Shown here in pieces: positions 20,372-31,901 of a stretch of 64,000 bases of DNA. A program made the position numbers and the translations under genes. The stretch is from Ignavibacteriota bacterium (GTDB taxonomy: Bacteria; Bacteroidota; Ignavibacteria; UBA10030; CAVZMI01), in assembly GCA_963776275.1 (NCBI GenBank), contig CAVZMI010000015.1:32001-96000 (forward strand), in the 5' to 3' direction. The notes under the pieces are model-generated. The model was not told where the DNA came from. It saw only the letters and a program-made list of their open reading frames with translations, and did no database searches. Within the stretch, counting starts at the first letter, position 1; each line of letters begins with the position of its first letter.

Positions 20372-22918
20372 ATGAATTCATTTTGGCGGTGCATTGTTAT
20401 TGCCCTGCTTCTACCGTCATCTCTCCTAGTGGGGCAACAAACAAACTTCGATATCGACACCTATAAAATATTTCTGACGACACATCAAGATCTGACATCA
20501 GGGCAACTTGTCTCCATGCATCCGGCAGGGGTATTCGAAGCGACATCAAATGTAAATCCACTAACAGCTCCTTACTACGACCTCATCGATGCTCGATATC
20601 ATTTTACAGAGGGTGAAAAAACGCTCCTTCAAAATCATGGCTTCTTTGTAACCGAGCGTCTGTCGTATCCATCGTTTGGTAATGCCCTCACACAAATCTA
20701 TAATTATGATTTGCCCGTATTTGTTTCGACCGATGCCATTCTCCATCCTCTTCATACGTCATACGATGCACTGCTACAGGAGGTTGAGTTCAGGGTACTT
20801 GTTCCTTCGATAGATACATTGTTAAGCCGGCTTCATAGTACTATTCCTTTCCTTGCAGAGCGTTATGCTTCATCAGATTCAATGGAAACAATGCTGAAGG
20901 ATCTCGATGTGTACCTTGCTGTCCCAAGACTCCTCCTTGGTAAAAGTATTTCGCCGTTTTATGTAGAGAATACAACAACCGTCAACGAGTTGCTGACACT
21001 CATCCAGGAATTGGCTCCGCAAAAATATGCTCTTTTCTCCTCCACTCAACGGACAATTGATTTCAGCCAGTTTCAGGTTCGTGGACATTATAGTCAGGAT
21101 CCGCTTTTAGGAAAATATTTTCAGGCGATGATCTGGCTGGGGAGAACGGAGATTTATCTCACCGCGCCGGAATCAGATGACCCTGAGAAACAAACGCAAG
21201 CGGACATCCAACGTCAGGTAATACTTGCATTGCTTGTAACGGAAGCGGCAGAATCCGCCAATACTGTTGCGCTGGTCGACAGCATCGATTCCGTACTTCG
21301 TCTTTTTGTGGGAGACCAGGATAATGTGACACTTTCCAATCTATTTTCACTTCGCACGCAACTTGGCATCCAATCTGCAAGCGAGTTGTTGGATACACTA
21401 CGGTTTCAATCATTCAGGGCACTGCTTTTGGAGCAATCGTATGCATTTCAACGTATTAATTCACAAATCCTGATGTCCGATCCAATGGATCCGGACCAGA
21501 TTCAAACGGCATCCGCATTTCTCCTTTTCGGCCAGCGATTCATTGTCGATTCGTATGTAACCTGGAATGTAGTATTTGATCGCATCATATTTAATGGACA
21601 AAAAGTGAGACGAATGCTCCCCGATCCACTCGACATTATGTTCGCGATTGGCAATAATGCTGCAGGACAATTAATGCAGACTGAAATCGATAATTATCAT
21701 TACGCACCGAACCTTGCAGCATTAAGATACCTGATCGATTCCTATGATTCTCTGTTCTGGTACAGTTCTTTCTATAATGGATGGTTGAATGCAATTCGGA
21801 CGCTTAATCCACCTGAGTACCGGACAATGCTTCCGGCTTTTATGCAGACTGCCGCATGGTGGCAGGAGAAATTGAATACGCAGCTTGCTTCCTGGGCGCA
21901 GCTGCGTCATGATAATTTACTCTACGCAAAACAATCATATTCGGGCGGTGTCATCTGTTCTTTTCCCGAAAGTTATGTCGAACCGATTCCGGAATTTTAT
22001 CATGCAATTTCACAGTTCTCATTAATGGCAGAAGAGAAGCTTGCAGGGTTCAACATTCCAACAGTTTCATCCTTCTTCCATAACTTTTCCCTCATAGCAG
22101 ACACACTTTCATGTGTTGCAGTGAAAGAATTGGCTCACACGACGTTGAGCGAGGCGGAAAAGCTGTTTCTCAAATCAATGCTTCGCCCACCGGATCCCAT
22201 GTGTGGTTCACCCTATACCGGTTGGTATACAAAACTATATTTTCAATTAAGTGCCGGTGCAAAAGATATGTTCGATCAGGATTATGTCGTGGCAGATGTC
22301 CATACAGCACCGACGGATGAATACGGTAATCCTGTCGGATGGGTGCTACATGGCGGAACAGGTCCGATCAATCTGGCAATCATCTCAGCGGAGCTTTCCG
22401 ACGGAACACCCTGCACATTTGCCGGGCCTGTGATGAGCTACTATGAACATATATCGACGAATTTTAAACGCCTAACGGATGAAGAATGGAAAACGATGTA
22501 CGCCCTCTCACCATCGCTGCGACCACCGTTTGCTTATTTATATTTAGCCGATGATTCGGGCTCTTTTACTCCGAATGCCCCCTCTTTGGTAACGACAGAT
22601 GTGAAAGACCGACCGACACAAAATCTCCCGAGTACTCTTGTATTAAGGCAAAACTATCCGAATCCTTTTAATTCCTCGACGCTGATTTCATTCGTTGTGC
22701 CTCTTTCTCTTGCTCATTCAACTGTTACTTTGAGAATATTCAATGTTCAGGGTGAGTTGGTCAGCGAGTTAATCCAGAAAGAACTACCTGCAGGTAATTA
22801 TATAACGCGATGGGAGGGCGCAACGCAAACCGGAAAAGCCGTTGCAAGTGGAGTATATTTCTATCACCTGATTGTAGGTAACCAAAGATTAAGCGGGAGA
22901 ATGATGCTGCTTAAGTAG
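20372..22918 (+). CDS. DUF3160 domain protein with FlgD-Ig/T9SS C-terminal sorting domain
   Basis: Signal peptide; DFSQFQVRGHY, SWAQLRHDNLLYAKQSY, VADVHT, GPVMSYYE; C-terminal QNYPNPFN...SGVYFY...MLLK. Confidence 0.88.
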   Translation: MNSFWRCIVIALLLPSSLLVGQQTNFDIDTYKIFLTTHQDLTSGQLVSMHPAGVFEATSNVNPLTAPYYDLIDARYHFTEGEKTLLQNHGFFVTERLSYPSFGNALTQIYNYDLPVFVSTDAILHPLHTSYDALLQEVEFRVLVPSIDTLLSRLHSTIPFLAERYASSDSMETMLKDLDVYLAVPRLLLGKSISPFYVENTTTVNELLTLIQELAPQKYALFSSTQRTIDFSQFQVRGHYSQDPLLGKYFQAMIWLGRTEIYLTAPESDDPEKQTQADIQRQVILALLVTEAAESANTVALVDSIDSVLRLFVGDQDNVTLSNLFSLRTQLGIQSASELLDTLRFQSFRALLLEQSYAFQRINSQILMSDPMDPDQIQTASAFLLFGQRFIVDSYVTWNVVFDRIIFNGQKVRRMLPDPLDIMFAIGNNAAGQLMQTEIDNYHYAPNLAALRYLIDSYDSLFWYSSFYNGWLNAIRTLNPPEYRTMLPAFMQTAAWWQEKLNTQLASWAQLRHDNLLYAKQSYSGGVICSFPESYVEPIPEFYHAISQFSLMAEEKLAGFNIPTVSSFFHNFSLIADTLSCVAVKELAHTTLSEAEKLFLKSMLRPPDPMCGSPYTGWYTKLYFQLSAGAKDMFDQDYVVADVHTAPTDEYGNPVGWVLHGGTGPINLAIISAELSDGTPCTFAGPVMSYYEHISTNFKRLTDEEWKTMYALSPSLRPPFAYLYLADDSGSFTPNAPSLVTTDVKDRPTQNLPSTLVLRQNYPNPFNSSTLISFVVPLSLAHSTVTLRIFNVQGELVSELIQKELPAGNYITRWEGATQTGKAVASGVYFYHLIVGNQRLSGRMMLLK

Positions 22919-22930
22919 CCTGGTATAAAT

Positions 22931-22988
22931 GACAAAGGTTTCCGTCGCTCCGAAATAGTTCGAGACGACGGAAACCTTTTGCTGTTTA
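22931..22988. terminator. Bidirectional terminator T1 (repeat family member)
   Basis: AAAGGTTTCCGTCG...CGACGGAAACCTTTT between convergent genes. Confidence 0.8.
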
Positions 22989-22992
22989 TTTC

Positions 22993-25302
22993 TTACTTCA
23001 GTAAAACAAGTCGTCTTGTTTCGGTGAATGAGCCAGCTTGCATTCGGTAGAAATAGACACCGCTTGGAATATTCTCTGCATTCCATGTTGTACTGTAGTA
23101 ACCAGCGTTCAATTCCCCGTTCACAAGTGTTGTGATCTGCTGACCGAGGGCGTTATAGGTCTTGAGAATAACAAATTCACGTTTTGGAATCGCAAACTCA
23201 ATTGTGGTTTGCGGATTGAATGGATTCGGATAATTTTGTCCGAGAGAAAAAGTTGCCGGCATGTTGATTGATGCGTTTTTAATTCCGGTGGGTGGATAAT
23301 TAGACCCATCGTACGGAATCGGATTGGTTGCACCGGTCATGTTGTTGGTTGGAATGAATTGCAGTTTATTATCTGCCAGGAATTTCACAGTCCCGTGGTA
23401 TTTTGGTGTATTGTACACCGCGTTTGACAAAACTGCAGCCCATTGTATTGCTGCCTCTACACGGGCATAGCCGTCGTTATCGTGCTGGTTAATTGCCATA
23501 CCGAAAACATTATCGACTGCAGGTGTTATGGTTTCACCATTACTAATAATAGCGGACCATTTAATAGCAAGTTCCAGTACATATCCGTCTGAGATACTAC
23601 CGCGTATCCACTTCTTCGAGTCATCAGTAACGTTAATCAGACTATCGGCATTGACAACACCTGCGGATGCCATACCCAGAGCTGTCAGACGTGTCTCCCA
23701 TACCGAATTTGTCACACTGTCGGTCGGCTGTGGATCGATTTTGAGTTCGAGGCAATCCTCATCCCATACATTCACGGCATTTCCGGATAGTATATCATCC
23801 TTGACTTCTTCGTACAGGTAGAACCACTCGCTGTCCCACGCCGTCCAGACCTTGGCCGAAAGATCGGCATCATTGACAGGAGCGTAAGGGTCGAAATACG
23901 CGTACGATCGGATCTGGAGATAACCGTCGTTGGGTCCGGTTAATGTGCTGTAAAAGGAATCCTTCAGTCCATCGACCACAATGGGGGCTGGTTCTGACGG
24001 AACCATTTCTGAAAGTGGTCGTCTCCAGATGCCGCCGCCATCAATCCCGGCAAAGAGATTCGCGCCGGAGACGGCAAGAGCCCAGACATTAGTGTTCACG
24101 GGCAAGTCGGTACTCGCCGCAGTCCAGCTTGCGCCGTTGTTGGTGGAAAGAAAGACGCCGCCAGAAGTCCCGGCAAAGAGATTTCCCGACAAGTCGGGAG
24201 TAAGAGCATAGATATCAGTGTTCGTCAAGCCGGTATCGACCGCAGTCCAGCTTGTGCCGTTGTTGGTGGAAAGAAAGACGCCGCCAGAAGTCCCGGCAAA
24301 GAGATTGGTACCGGAAACGGCAAGAGTCCGGACATTAGTGTTTGTCAATCCTGAATTGACCTCAGTCCAGCTTGTGCCGTTGTTGGTGGAAAGAAAGACA
24401 CCGTCATTAGTCCCGGCAAGGAGATTTCCCGACAAGTCGGTAGCAAGAGCATAGATATCAGCGATCGTCAAGCCAGTATTGACCTCAGTCCAGCTTGTGC
24501 CATTGTTGGTGGAAAGAAAGACGCCGCCGCCCATAGTCCCGGCAAAGAGATTGGTACCGGAAACGGCAAGAGACCAAACATTAGTGTTTGTCAATCCTGA
24601 ATTGACTTGAATCCAGCTTGTGCCATTGTTGGTGGAAAGAAAGACACCGTCAGAAGTCCCGGCAAAGAGATTTCCCGACAAGTCGGTAGCAAGAGCATAG
24701 ATATCAGCGATCGTCAAGCCAGTATTGACCTCAGTCCAGCTTGTGCCGTTGTTGGTGGAAAGAAAGACACCGCCATTAGTACCGGCAAAGAGATTTCCCG
24801 ACAAGTCGGGAGCGAGAGCATAGACATAAGTGTTCGTCAAGCCGGTATTGACAGCAGTCCAGCTTGTGCCGTTGTTGGTAGAAACAAAGACGCCACCGCC
24901 CCAAGTACCGGCAAAGAGATTTGTGTCGGAGACGGCAAGAGCCCGGACATTAGTGTTTGTCAATCCTGAATTGACTTGAGTCCAGCTTGTGCCGTTGTTG
25001 GTGGAAAAAAAGACACCGCCGCCCATAGTCCCGGCAAAGAGATTGGTGCCGGAAACGGCAAGAGCCTGGATATAAGTGTTCGTCAAGCCGGTATTGACTG
25101 CAGTCCAGCTTGTGCCGTTGTTGGTGGAAAGAAAGACGCCGCTGCCCATAGTCCCGGCAAAGAGATTCGAGCCGGTGACGGCAAAGGTAAGAACACCGCC
25201 GCCGTAGGGGCCATTTGTTTGTATCCATTGGGCATGCAATTGAAGTGAACATACAAGAATTATGGCAATAATTAAAACGCAGCGAAGAAATGGGATCTTC
25301 AT
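22993..25302 (-). CDS. T9SS-secreted protein: Asp-box/BNR repeat beta-propeller + CBM9-like domain + CTD
   Basis: Signal peptide (LHA-QW); nine ~40-aa repeats with STNNGxSW; one IVVDG...WTAWD...YVLELAIKW domain; QNYPNPFNP CTD; GGAGG RBS before ATG at 25302. Confidence 0.88.
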   Translation of the reverse strand: MKIPFLRCVLIIAIILVCSLQLHAQWIQTNGPYGGGVLTFAVTGSNLFAGTMGSGVFLSTNNGTSWTAVNTGLTNTYIQALAVSGTNLFAGTMGGGVFFSTNNGTSWTQVNSGLTNTNVRALAVSDTNLFAGTWGGGVFVSTNNGTSWTAVNTGLTNTYVYALAPDLSGNLFAGTNGGVFLSTNNGTSWTEVNTGLTIADIYALATDLSGNLFAGTSDGVFLSTNNGTSWIQVNSGLTNTNVWSLAVSGTNLFAGTMGGGVFLSTNNGTSWTEVNTGLTIADIYALATDLSGNLLAGTNDGVFLSTNNGTSWTEVNSGLTNTNVRTLAVSGTNLFAGTSGGVFLSTNNGTSWTAVDTGLTNTDIYALTPDLSGNLFAGTSGGVFLSTNNGASWTAASTDLPVNTNVWALAVSGANLFAGIDGGGIWRRPLSEMVPSEPAPIVVDGLKDSFYSTLTGPNDGYLQIRSYAYFDPYAPVNDADLSAKVWTAWDSEWFYLYEEVKDDILSGNAVNVWDEDCLELKIDPQPTDSVTNSVWETRLTALGMASAGVVNADSLINVTDDSKKWIRGSISDGYVLELAIKWSAIISNGETITPAVDNVFGMAINQHDNDGYARVEAAIQWAAVLSNAVYNTPKYHGTVKFLADNKLQFIPTNNMTGATNPIPYDGSNYPPTGIKNASINMPATFSLGQNYPNPFNPQTTIEFAIPKREFVILKTYNALGQQITTLVNGELNAGYYSTTWNAENIPSGVYFYRMQAGSFTETRRLVLLK
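24040..25200 (-). repeat. Intragenic tandem ~120-125-bp repeats (Asp-box blades)
   Basis: Recurrent GTCCAGCTTGTGCCGTTGTTGGTGGAAAGAAAGAC core, near-identical between copies. Confidence 0.9.
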
Positions 25303-25518
25303 AATAATTACCTCCATGAATTAAATGGGATATGCGATACGTGGAGTTATTCTTAAGATAAGCGATGAGAAAATCAGTATATTTAAAAATTTACTAATAG
25401 ACTGAAGGATGTTATAGAAAAGATGAAATCGAGCCGAATAAAAACAGATTTATGCAGCCGTAGGACATTGCCGCATCTCGGGTGGTCAACAAAACACTGA
25501 GTAGCAGTATCGAGGCAA

Positions 25519-25547
25519 AGTATAGTAAGAGTACTGGTAAAAAGCAA
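25519..25547 (-). promoter_or_regulatory. Sigma70-type promoter P1 (TTGCTT-17-TATACT)
   Basis: Exact spacing; ~215 bp upstream of the ATG at 25302. Confidence 0.7.
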
Positions 25548-25637
25548 ATATAATGGAGATCAGTACAGATTGTTGGTCAGAGGCCGTTTTGTCCATATTT
25601 CCTTGAAAGATAAAGGCTTTTATCTCATGAAGACCTC

Positions 25638-27865
25638 TTATCGTTCGCTTACAACCGGAGCCAATAGGTTATCGACGGGGGCATAATCATCGGTGAGAAT
25701 CCGGTTGCCGGATTTTTCGAGTAATTGATCTAAGTCTGCTCCACTCAGCACCGATCCGCATAAACCGTACTTCGGGTCCCAATTAGTGAGATCAAGAGGT
25801 GCATCGGATCCGACTATGACGAAAGTTTCGCGTTGATAAGGTTTTCCATTCTGATTGGGGGAAAAAAGATAAATATGGTTGAACAATTTCTGGATAGTCA
25901 GGTAGGAAGAACTCAGAAATAAACCGCTCTCTAATTTATCTATAACATTAAAAAGATAGGCACCATCCGGTTTGAGATGTTTTTTTATTTTTTGTACAAA
26001 TTCCAGCGTTGTTAAATGCCAGGGAACGGTGAGATCATCGAATGCATCGCCATAAAAGAAATCATATTTTGCCGTATCCGGAAGATTATCGATGATATTT
26101 CTGGCGTCTCCGGTATAGGTGCGGATTGAAGTATTACGCGGCAGCCCGATGGCGATATGATTTGCTTCCACCACGAAAGGATCGATCTCGGCAACATCAA
26201 CCCTGGCATCGGGCCATTCATACTGCAGCCATCGCGGAAAAGTATAGCTGCCGGCACCGACGATGAAAGCCGAGATACCATCCTTGCCGGCCGAGTAGCG
26301 CCAGGTGATTTCCCGGTATATCCGCTCATATTCGTATCCCAGTTCTCCGGGATCAGCAAGATTGAAAAACCCATGGACCAGATGATCCAAACAGAGTACA
26401 CGAACGCTGCTCTGGCTTACCCGTGATTGTTCATCATACACTAAAACCGTATGATACTGGCTTTCTGCTGCGTAAATATAATTCGATTTTTTATATCGAA
26501 AACCGAGAGTTTGAATTTCATCGCCCAATTGATAATGACCTATAGTTACCGAAGGATCAATAACCGAGATATAAAAGAATCCGGCTGCCAGAAAAAACCA
26601 GCAGCAGAATACAAATCGTTTTGGTCTTTGGCTCCATCCGATACAGGCCATTACCAGGGCGGCAGCGAGAAAAATGCCTTCCGGTCCCAACGAAGTTATG
26701 AGCCAAAACCCTGCGCCGATTGTCCCGCAAATTCCACCAACGGTACTTAGAGCGCTCATCACACCGATTGTTTTTCCTGTAGTGGAAATATTTAAGACCC
26801 TTTTTACCATGACGGGTGAGATCGAGCCAAGGAAGACTGAAGGCAGAGAAAAAGCAAGCAGTGCAGAAACTGAAACCCGGACGGGGTAAGAATAGTTTTT
26901 AAACGGCGAAAGAGTGCTAAAGTAATAAATAATAACCAACGACACCAACGTGCTTATTGATGAACCGAAGCAAAGCCAGGACGTGATCTTTTTCGTCTCA
27001 AAACTGTCGGCTAAACGACCCCCCAGATAATAACCTATGCTAACCCCCGTAAGAATCACGGCAATGATTGAAGTCCACGTATAGAGTGAATTGCCGAACT
27101 GGCGGGCAATTAACCGGCCGGCGGCGATTTCAACGGCCATGAGACAGGCGGCGGTAAGAAATGCAATTACATACGCAGCCGCATGATTCGATTTCAAGGA
27201 TTCCGGTTGGAGTGCTCCGTTCTTTACAGTGAGAGATGGTTCAGTTATGCCACGCCAACTCTTTTTATCAATGAGTAAAAGTACACCGGGGAGAAAAAAA
27301 AAGTGATGAGCAAGAGAGAGTGACTAACCTTTAATGATGGAATGAGGAAAAAACCGGTGGCAAGTGTTCCCAGTATGCTGCCGACAGCACCCCAGGCATA
27401 GATTGAGCCGATCGCCAAACCTATTCTTGAGGTGCTTTCGACATGCATCTTTGCCGCAAACGGCATAAACATCCCGATGAATACGGCAGGAAGTGTGAAT
27501 ACCGCTGCAACGGTCAATAAAATCCGCAGCGGCCATTCCAGATTCTTAAGCAGTGCCGCATCACCAAAAAAATTACAGAGACCTAATGTTGAACAACATG
27601 CAACAACTGTCAGGAGTGAAAGCCACGGCAAAAAAGAAGTTGCCGTATAACGATCGGCTGCTTTTCCTCCTAAAAAATTTCCAACACTCATTCCGAATAA
27701 AATGACCGCGATAATTGCGGACCAGGTATAAATCGAACTGCCCAGATAACGACCGACAAGACGGCTGGCAATCAATTCCAACGCCATGGCTCCTGCTGAA
27801 CTTAAAAAAACCAGCAGAAAAGGGAATAGGGATTTTATTGACAGCCGCCTTTGATTAAAGTACAT
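25638..27865 (-). CDS. Fused MFS-like membrane / spermidine-synthase-like SAM methyltransferase, split by a frameshift at the A9 run 27294-27302
   Basis: Two membrane modules (ELIASRL...GSSIYTW and EIAAGRL...GNSLYTW); VGAGSY, AEIDP, GDAR, DAFDD, LTDDYAPVD; frame of the second ORF is open back to the T-run. Confidence 0.85.
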
Positions 27866-27937
27866 TCACGTCTCGTATCCAGTCCCTATTTTGGATTGAC
27901 TAAATTTTTATATTCCCCTTTTATTTCATTTGGTGCT

Positions 27938-28423
27938 TTATTTATGATCAAATTTCATTTCAACCTTGTGTTCCCCTTCAACCTTGTGTTCCTTGTATTC
28001 TTTAGAACCAGGACTTGCGAGCCCAGGGGTTGACTTATCGATGATTTTTAGAATAAGTCGATCACCAATTTTTGGATCACTGAGACTTACGATACGAAGT
28101 TCGTATTCTCCCGGCTTAAGATCTTTCGGAACCAGGATGGAAATAGAACCTTTCCCTTTCACACCGACCGGGCATGAGGGTGACAATGTTGCAATGAGTT
28201 GATTTCCTTTCCAGAGGGTCAGTTTTACGTTGCCTTTCACATTGCCCCAATCCCAGCTGCACAGCTGATTACTACCGATCGTCCAATCATTGAGTTTTAG
28301 AAAATGGATCTTGCCTAATGGATCAGGGGGCATATTCTGTCCTTCTTTTTGGGCGTATACACTGATGGAAAAAGAGAACAGTGTTATTATTAGTAAAACA
28401 GATACCTTTTTGAGAAGATTCAT
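27938..28423 (-). CDS. Secreted hypothetical protein with Ig-like domain
   Basis: Signal peptide (VYA-Q); W..G....SWDW...VKLTLWKG...PGEYELRI; short EHKVE repeat at C-terminus; AAGGAG RBS. Confidence 0.75.
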   Translation of the reverse strand: MNLLKKVSVLLIITLFSFSISVYAQKEGQNMPPDPLGKIHFLKLNDWTIGSNQLCSWDWGNVKGNVKLTLWKGNQLIATLSPSCPVGVKGKGSISILVPKDLKPGEYELRIVSLSDPKIGDRLILKIIDKSTPGLASPGSKEYKEHKVEGEHKVEMKFDHK

Positions 28424-28579
28424 GACAGACTCCTTTCTCAGTAATATGGTATTGAATAATTCACATCTAATTTCTATAGATGTGTTTGTAGATTTGAAAG
28501 GTAAGAAACATTATGCGATCGCACGATTTTATTGCATCTCAGAAGGCCGATACTCCACAAAAAACCATTATTAAGGCAA

Positions 28580-28608
28580 AGTATAACAAGAGTGCGGATA
28601 AAAAGCAA
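28580..28608 (-). promoter_or_regulatory. Sigma70-type promoter P3 (TTGCTT-17-TATACT)
   Basis: Exact spacing; shares TATACTTTGCCT flank with P1. Confidence 0.7.
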
Positions 28609-28662
28609 GTATCGAGTACTGTTAAATGGTTCTCAACTCCAGGGGCGGGTTTTAGGGTAAAT

Positions 28663-28717
28663 AACAAAGGTTTCCGTCACCCGGAAATATCTTGGATGAC
28701 GGAAACCTTTTACTGTT
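28663..28717 (-). terminator. Terminator T2 (repeat family member)
   Basis: AAAGGTTTCCGTCA...TGACGGAAACCTTTTACTGTT directly after the stop at 28723. Confidence 0.8.
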
Positions 28718-28722
28718 CATTT

Positions 28723-31700
28723 CTACTTGAGTAAAACCAGTCGTTTGGTTTCGGTAAATGAACCTCCATATAAGCGATAGAAGTAGACACCGCTTGGTTC
28801 ACTGCCTGCATTCCACGTTGTTTTGTAGTAACCGGCGTTAAGTTCTCCATTCACGAGTGTTGTCATCTCCTGGCCAAGGGCGTTGTAGATCGTGAGAGTA
28901 ACAAACTCCCGTTTCGGAATCGCGAACTCAATTGTAGTTTGCGGATTGAACGGATTCGGGTAGTTCTGCCCTAGAGAGAACGTTTCCGGAACCTTGATCA
29001 ATGCATTTTCAATTCCGGTGGGGGTATAATTAGACCCGTCATACGGAACCGGGTTTGTTGCGCCAGTCATGTTGTTCGTCGGAATGAATTGCAGTTTATT
29101 GTCTGCCAGAAATTTCACAGTTCCATGGTATTTTGGTGTATTGTACACCGCGTCCGATAATACTGCGGCCCATTGAACCGTCGCCTGCCGGCGAGCATGG
29201 CCGTCATTGTCGTGCTGGTTGATCGCCATACCGAAAACATTACCCACCGAGGGCGAAATGGTCTCGATACCGCTCTTGATGGCCGACCATTTGATGGCCA
29301 GTTCCAGCGCATAACCGCCGGGGATTATCGCTCGGGCCCATTGCTTCAGCGAATCCGGAACACCATTCAAACTGTCCGCTTTAACAACACCAGCTGATGC
29401 CTTACCCAGCGCCGTCATACGGGTTTGCCACACCGAATTTGTCACACTATCGGTCGGTTGGGGATCGAAATTCACTTCGATTTCATCTTCCTCCCATATA
29501 TTTGTGGCGTTCCCCGAAAGTGTATCATCCATGACTTCTTCGTAGAGGTAGAACCACTCGTTGTCCCAGGCTGTCCAGATCTTTGCCGATAGATCGGCGT
29601 CATTAACAGGAGCGCCATTACCGTTATACGCATAGGATCTGATCTGCAGGTAGCCATCGTTGGGGCCAGTTAATGTTGTATAGAAAGAATCCTTCAGTCC
29701 ATCGACAATGATGGGGGCAGCGGTTGGCGGATACGAAGATCCATCGTATGGAATCGGATTGGTTCTGCCGGTCATATTATTCGTCGGAATGAACCGTAGT
29801 TTGTGACCTGCCAAAAACCTGACCGTTCCAAGATATTTCGGTGTGTTACATACACCATCATTCAATACCGCGGCCCATTGAATCGTCGCCTGCCTGCCAT
29901 GGCCGTCGTTGTCGTGCTGGTTGATTGCCATGCCAAATACATTATCGACTGCCGGCGCGATCGTTTCACTTCCATATCCACCTTGTATAGCCGGCCATTT
30001 GATGGCTAATTCCAATGCGTATCCCCCAGGGATTATTCTCCGCGCCCACTGCTTCTGGGAAGCGGACACTACATTGAGACTATCGCCGGCGAGAACGCCG
30101 GGTCCAGTTCCGAGTGCAGTCAGACGCGTATACCATACCGAATTTGTCACACTATCTGTCGGCTGTGGATCGAACATCAATTCGATCACGTCTTCCGCCC
30201 ATACTTGTGGGTCGTTTCCAGAGAGCGTGTCGTCCATGACCTCTTCGTAGAGATAGAACCACTCTTCGTCCCAGGCAGTCCATATTTTTGCCGATAGATC
30301 GGTGTCATTAACGGGAGCGCCATTTTCGTTATGCGCATACGATCTGATCTGCAGATAGCCGTCGTTGGGTCCCGTCAAAGTGGTATAGAAAGAATCCTTC
30401 AGTCCATCGACAACGATGGGGGCAGTGGTTGGCGGATACGCAGATCCATCGTATGGAATTGGATTGGTTGTCCCGGTCATATTATTTGTTGGAATGAATT
30501 GTAGTTTATTATCTACCAGGAATTTAACTGTGCCGAGATACTTTGGTGTTTCCCACGCTTCATTGAGCAGAACCGCAGCCCACTGAATCGCCGCCTGCCG
30601 GCCATGGCCGTCATTTTCTTCCTGGTGGATATCCATACCGAAAATATTATTGACTGCCGGTGTGATTGTTTCGCCCCCTTTCTGGATTGCTGACCATTTG
30701 ACGGCTAATTCCAATGCGTATCCCCCTGGGATTATTCTCCGTGCCCATTGCTTTTGAGAATCAGAGACGCCGTCCATATTATCCCATGCAGCGACCCCCG
30801 CTCCGGCCCCAAGTGCTGTGAGGCGTGTATCCCAGATTGAATTAGTAACGCTGTCTGTCGGCTGGGGATCGATTTTGAGTTCAATGCAATCATTGTTCCA
30901 TACCTCTGCGGCACTTCCCGAAACTGTATCATCCGTGACTTCTTCGTAGAGGTAGAACCACTCGTTGTCCCAGGATGTCCAGATTTTTGCCGAGAGATCG
31001 GCGTCATTAACAGGCGCGCCAACATCGTTATGAGCAAAGGATTTAATCTGCAGATAGCCGTTGCTGGGGTTGGTTAATGTATTATAAAAATCATCTTTAA
31101 ATCCATCGACAACAATCTTATTGAATGTGTAATCGGACCCATCGTATGGAATCGGATTGGTTCTGCCGGTCATATTGTTCGTCGGAATGAACTGTAGTTT
31201 GTGACCTGCCAAAAACCTGACCATTCCAAGATATTTCGGTGTGTTACATACACCATCATTCAATACCGCGGCCCATTGAATCGTCGCCTGCCTGCCATGG
31301 CCGTCGTTGTCGTGCTGGTTGATTGCCATGCCAAATACATTATCGACTGCCGGCGCGATCGTTTCACTTCCATATCCACCTTGTATAGCCGGCCATTTGA
31401 TGGCTAATTCCAATGCGTATCCCCCAGGGATTATTCTCCGCGCCCACTGCTTCTGGGAAGCGGACACTACATTGAGACTATCGCCGGCGAGAACGCCGGT
31501 CCAGTTCCGAGTGCAGTCAGACGCGTATACCATACCGAATTTGTCACACTATCTGTCGGCTGTGGATCGAACATCAATTCGATCACGTCTTCCGCCCATA
31601 CTTGTGGGTCGTTTCCAGAGAGCGTGTCGTCCATGACCTCTTCGTAGAGATAGAACCACTCTTCGTCCCAAGCTGTCCATATTTTTGCCGATAGATCGGC

Positions 31701-31901
31701 GTCATTAACGGGAGCGCCATTTTCGTTATGCGCATACGATCTGATCTGCAGATAGCCGTCGTTGGGTCCCGTCAAAGTGGTATAGAAAGAATCCTTAAAT
31801 CCATCGATCACAATGGGTGCAATCCCTTGAGCAGAAGATCGATGTTGCCATAGAAGAATTATGGTAATAATTACAACGCAGCGAAGAAACGAGGCCTTCA
31901 T
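28723..31901 (-). CDS. T9SS-secreted protein with four tandem CBM9-like domains (~1060 aa), frameshift at 31498-31499
   Basis: Signal peptide; four ~230-aa repeats (IV.DG.KD...PIPYDGS); QNYPNPFNP CTD; internal copy at 30100-30102 has GGG where 31498-31499 has GG. Confidence 0.88.
29741..31796. repeat. Near-identical ~660-bp direct repeat (29741-30399 and 31139-31796)
   Basis: Domains 1 and 3 match almost base for base; offset 1398 bp on one side and 1397 bp on the other side of the indel. Confidence 0.9.

Noticed and set aside
24040-25200. CRISPR-like periodicity
   Set aside because: Repeats are in-frame coding units with homologous, not unique, spacers; no cas genes
25440-28545. TTATGC in the leader motif as a XerC arm of dif/pdif sites
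   Set aside because: No XerD arm at 6-bp spacing in any copy
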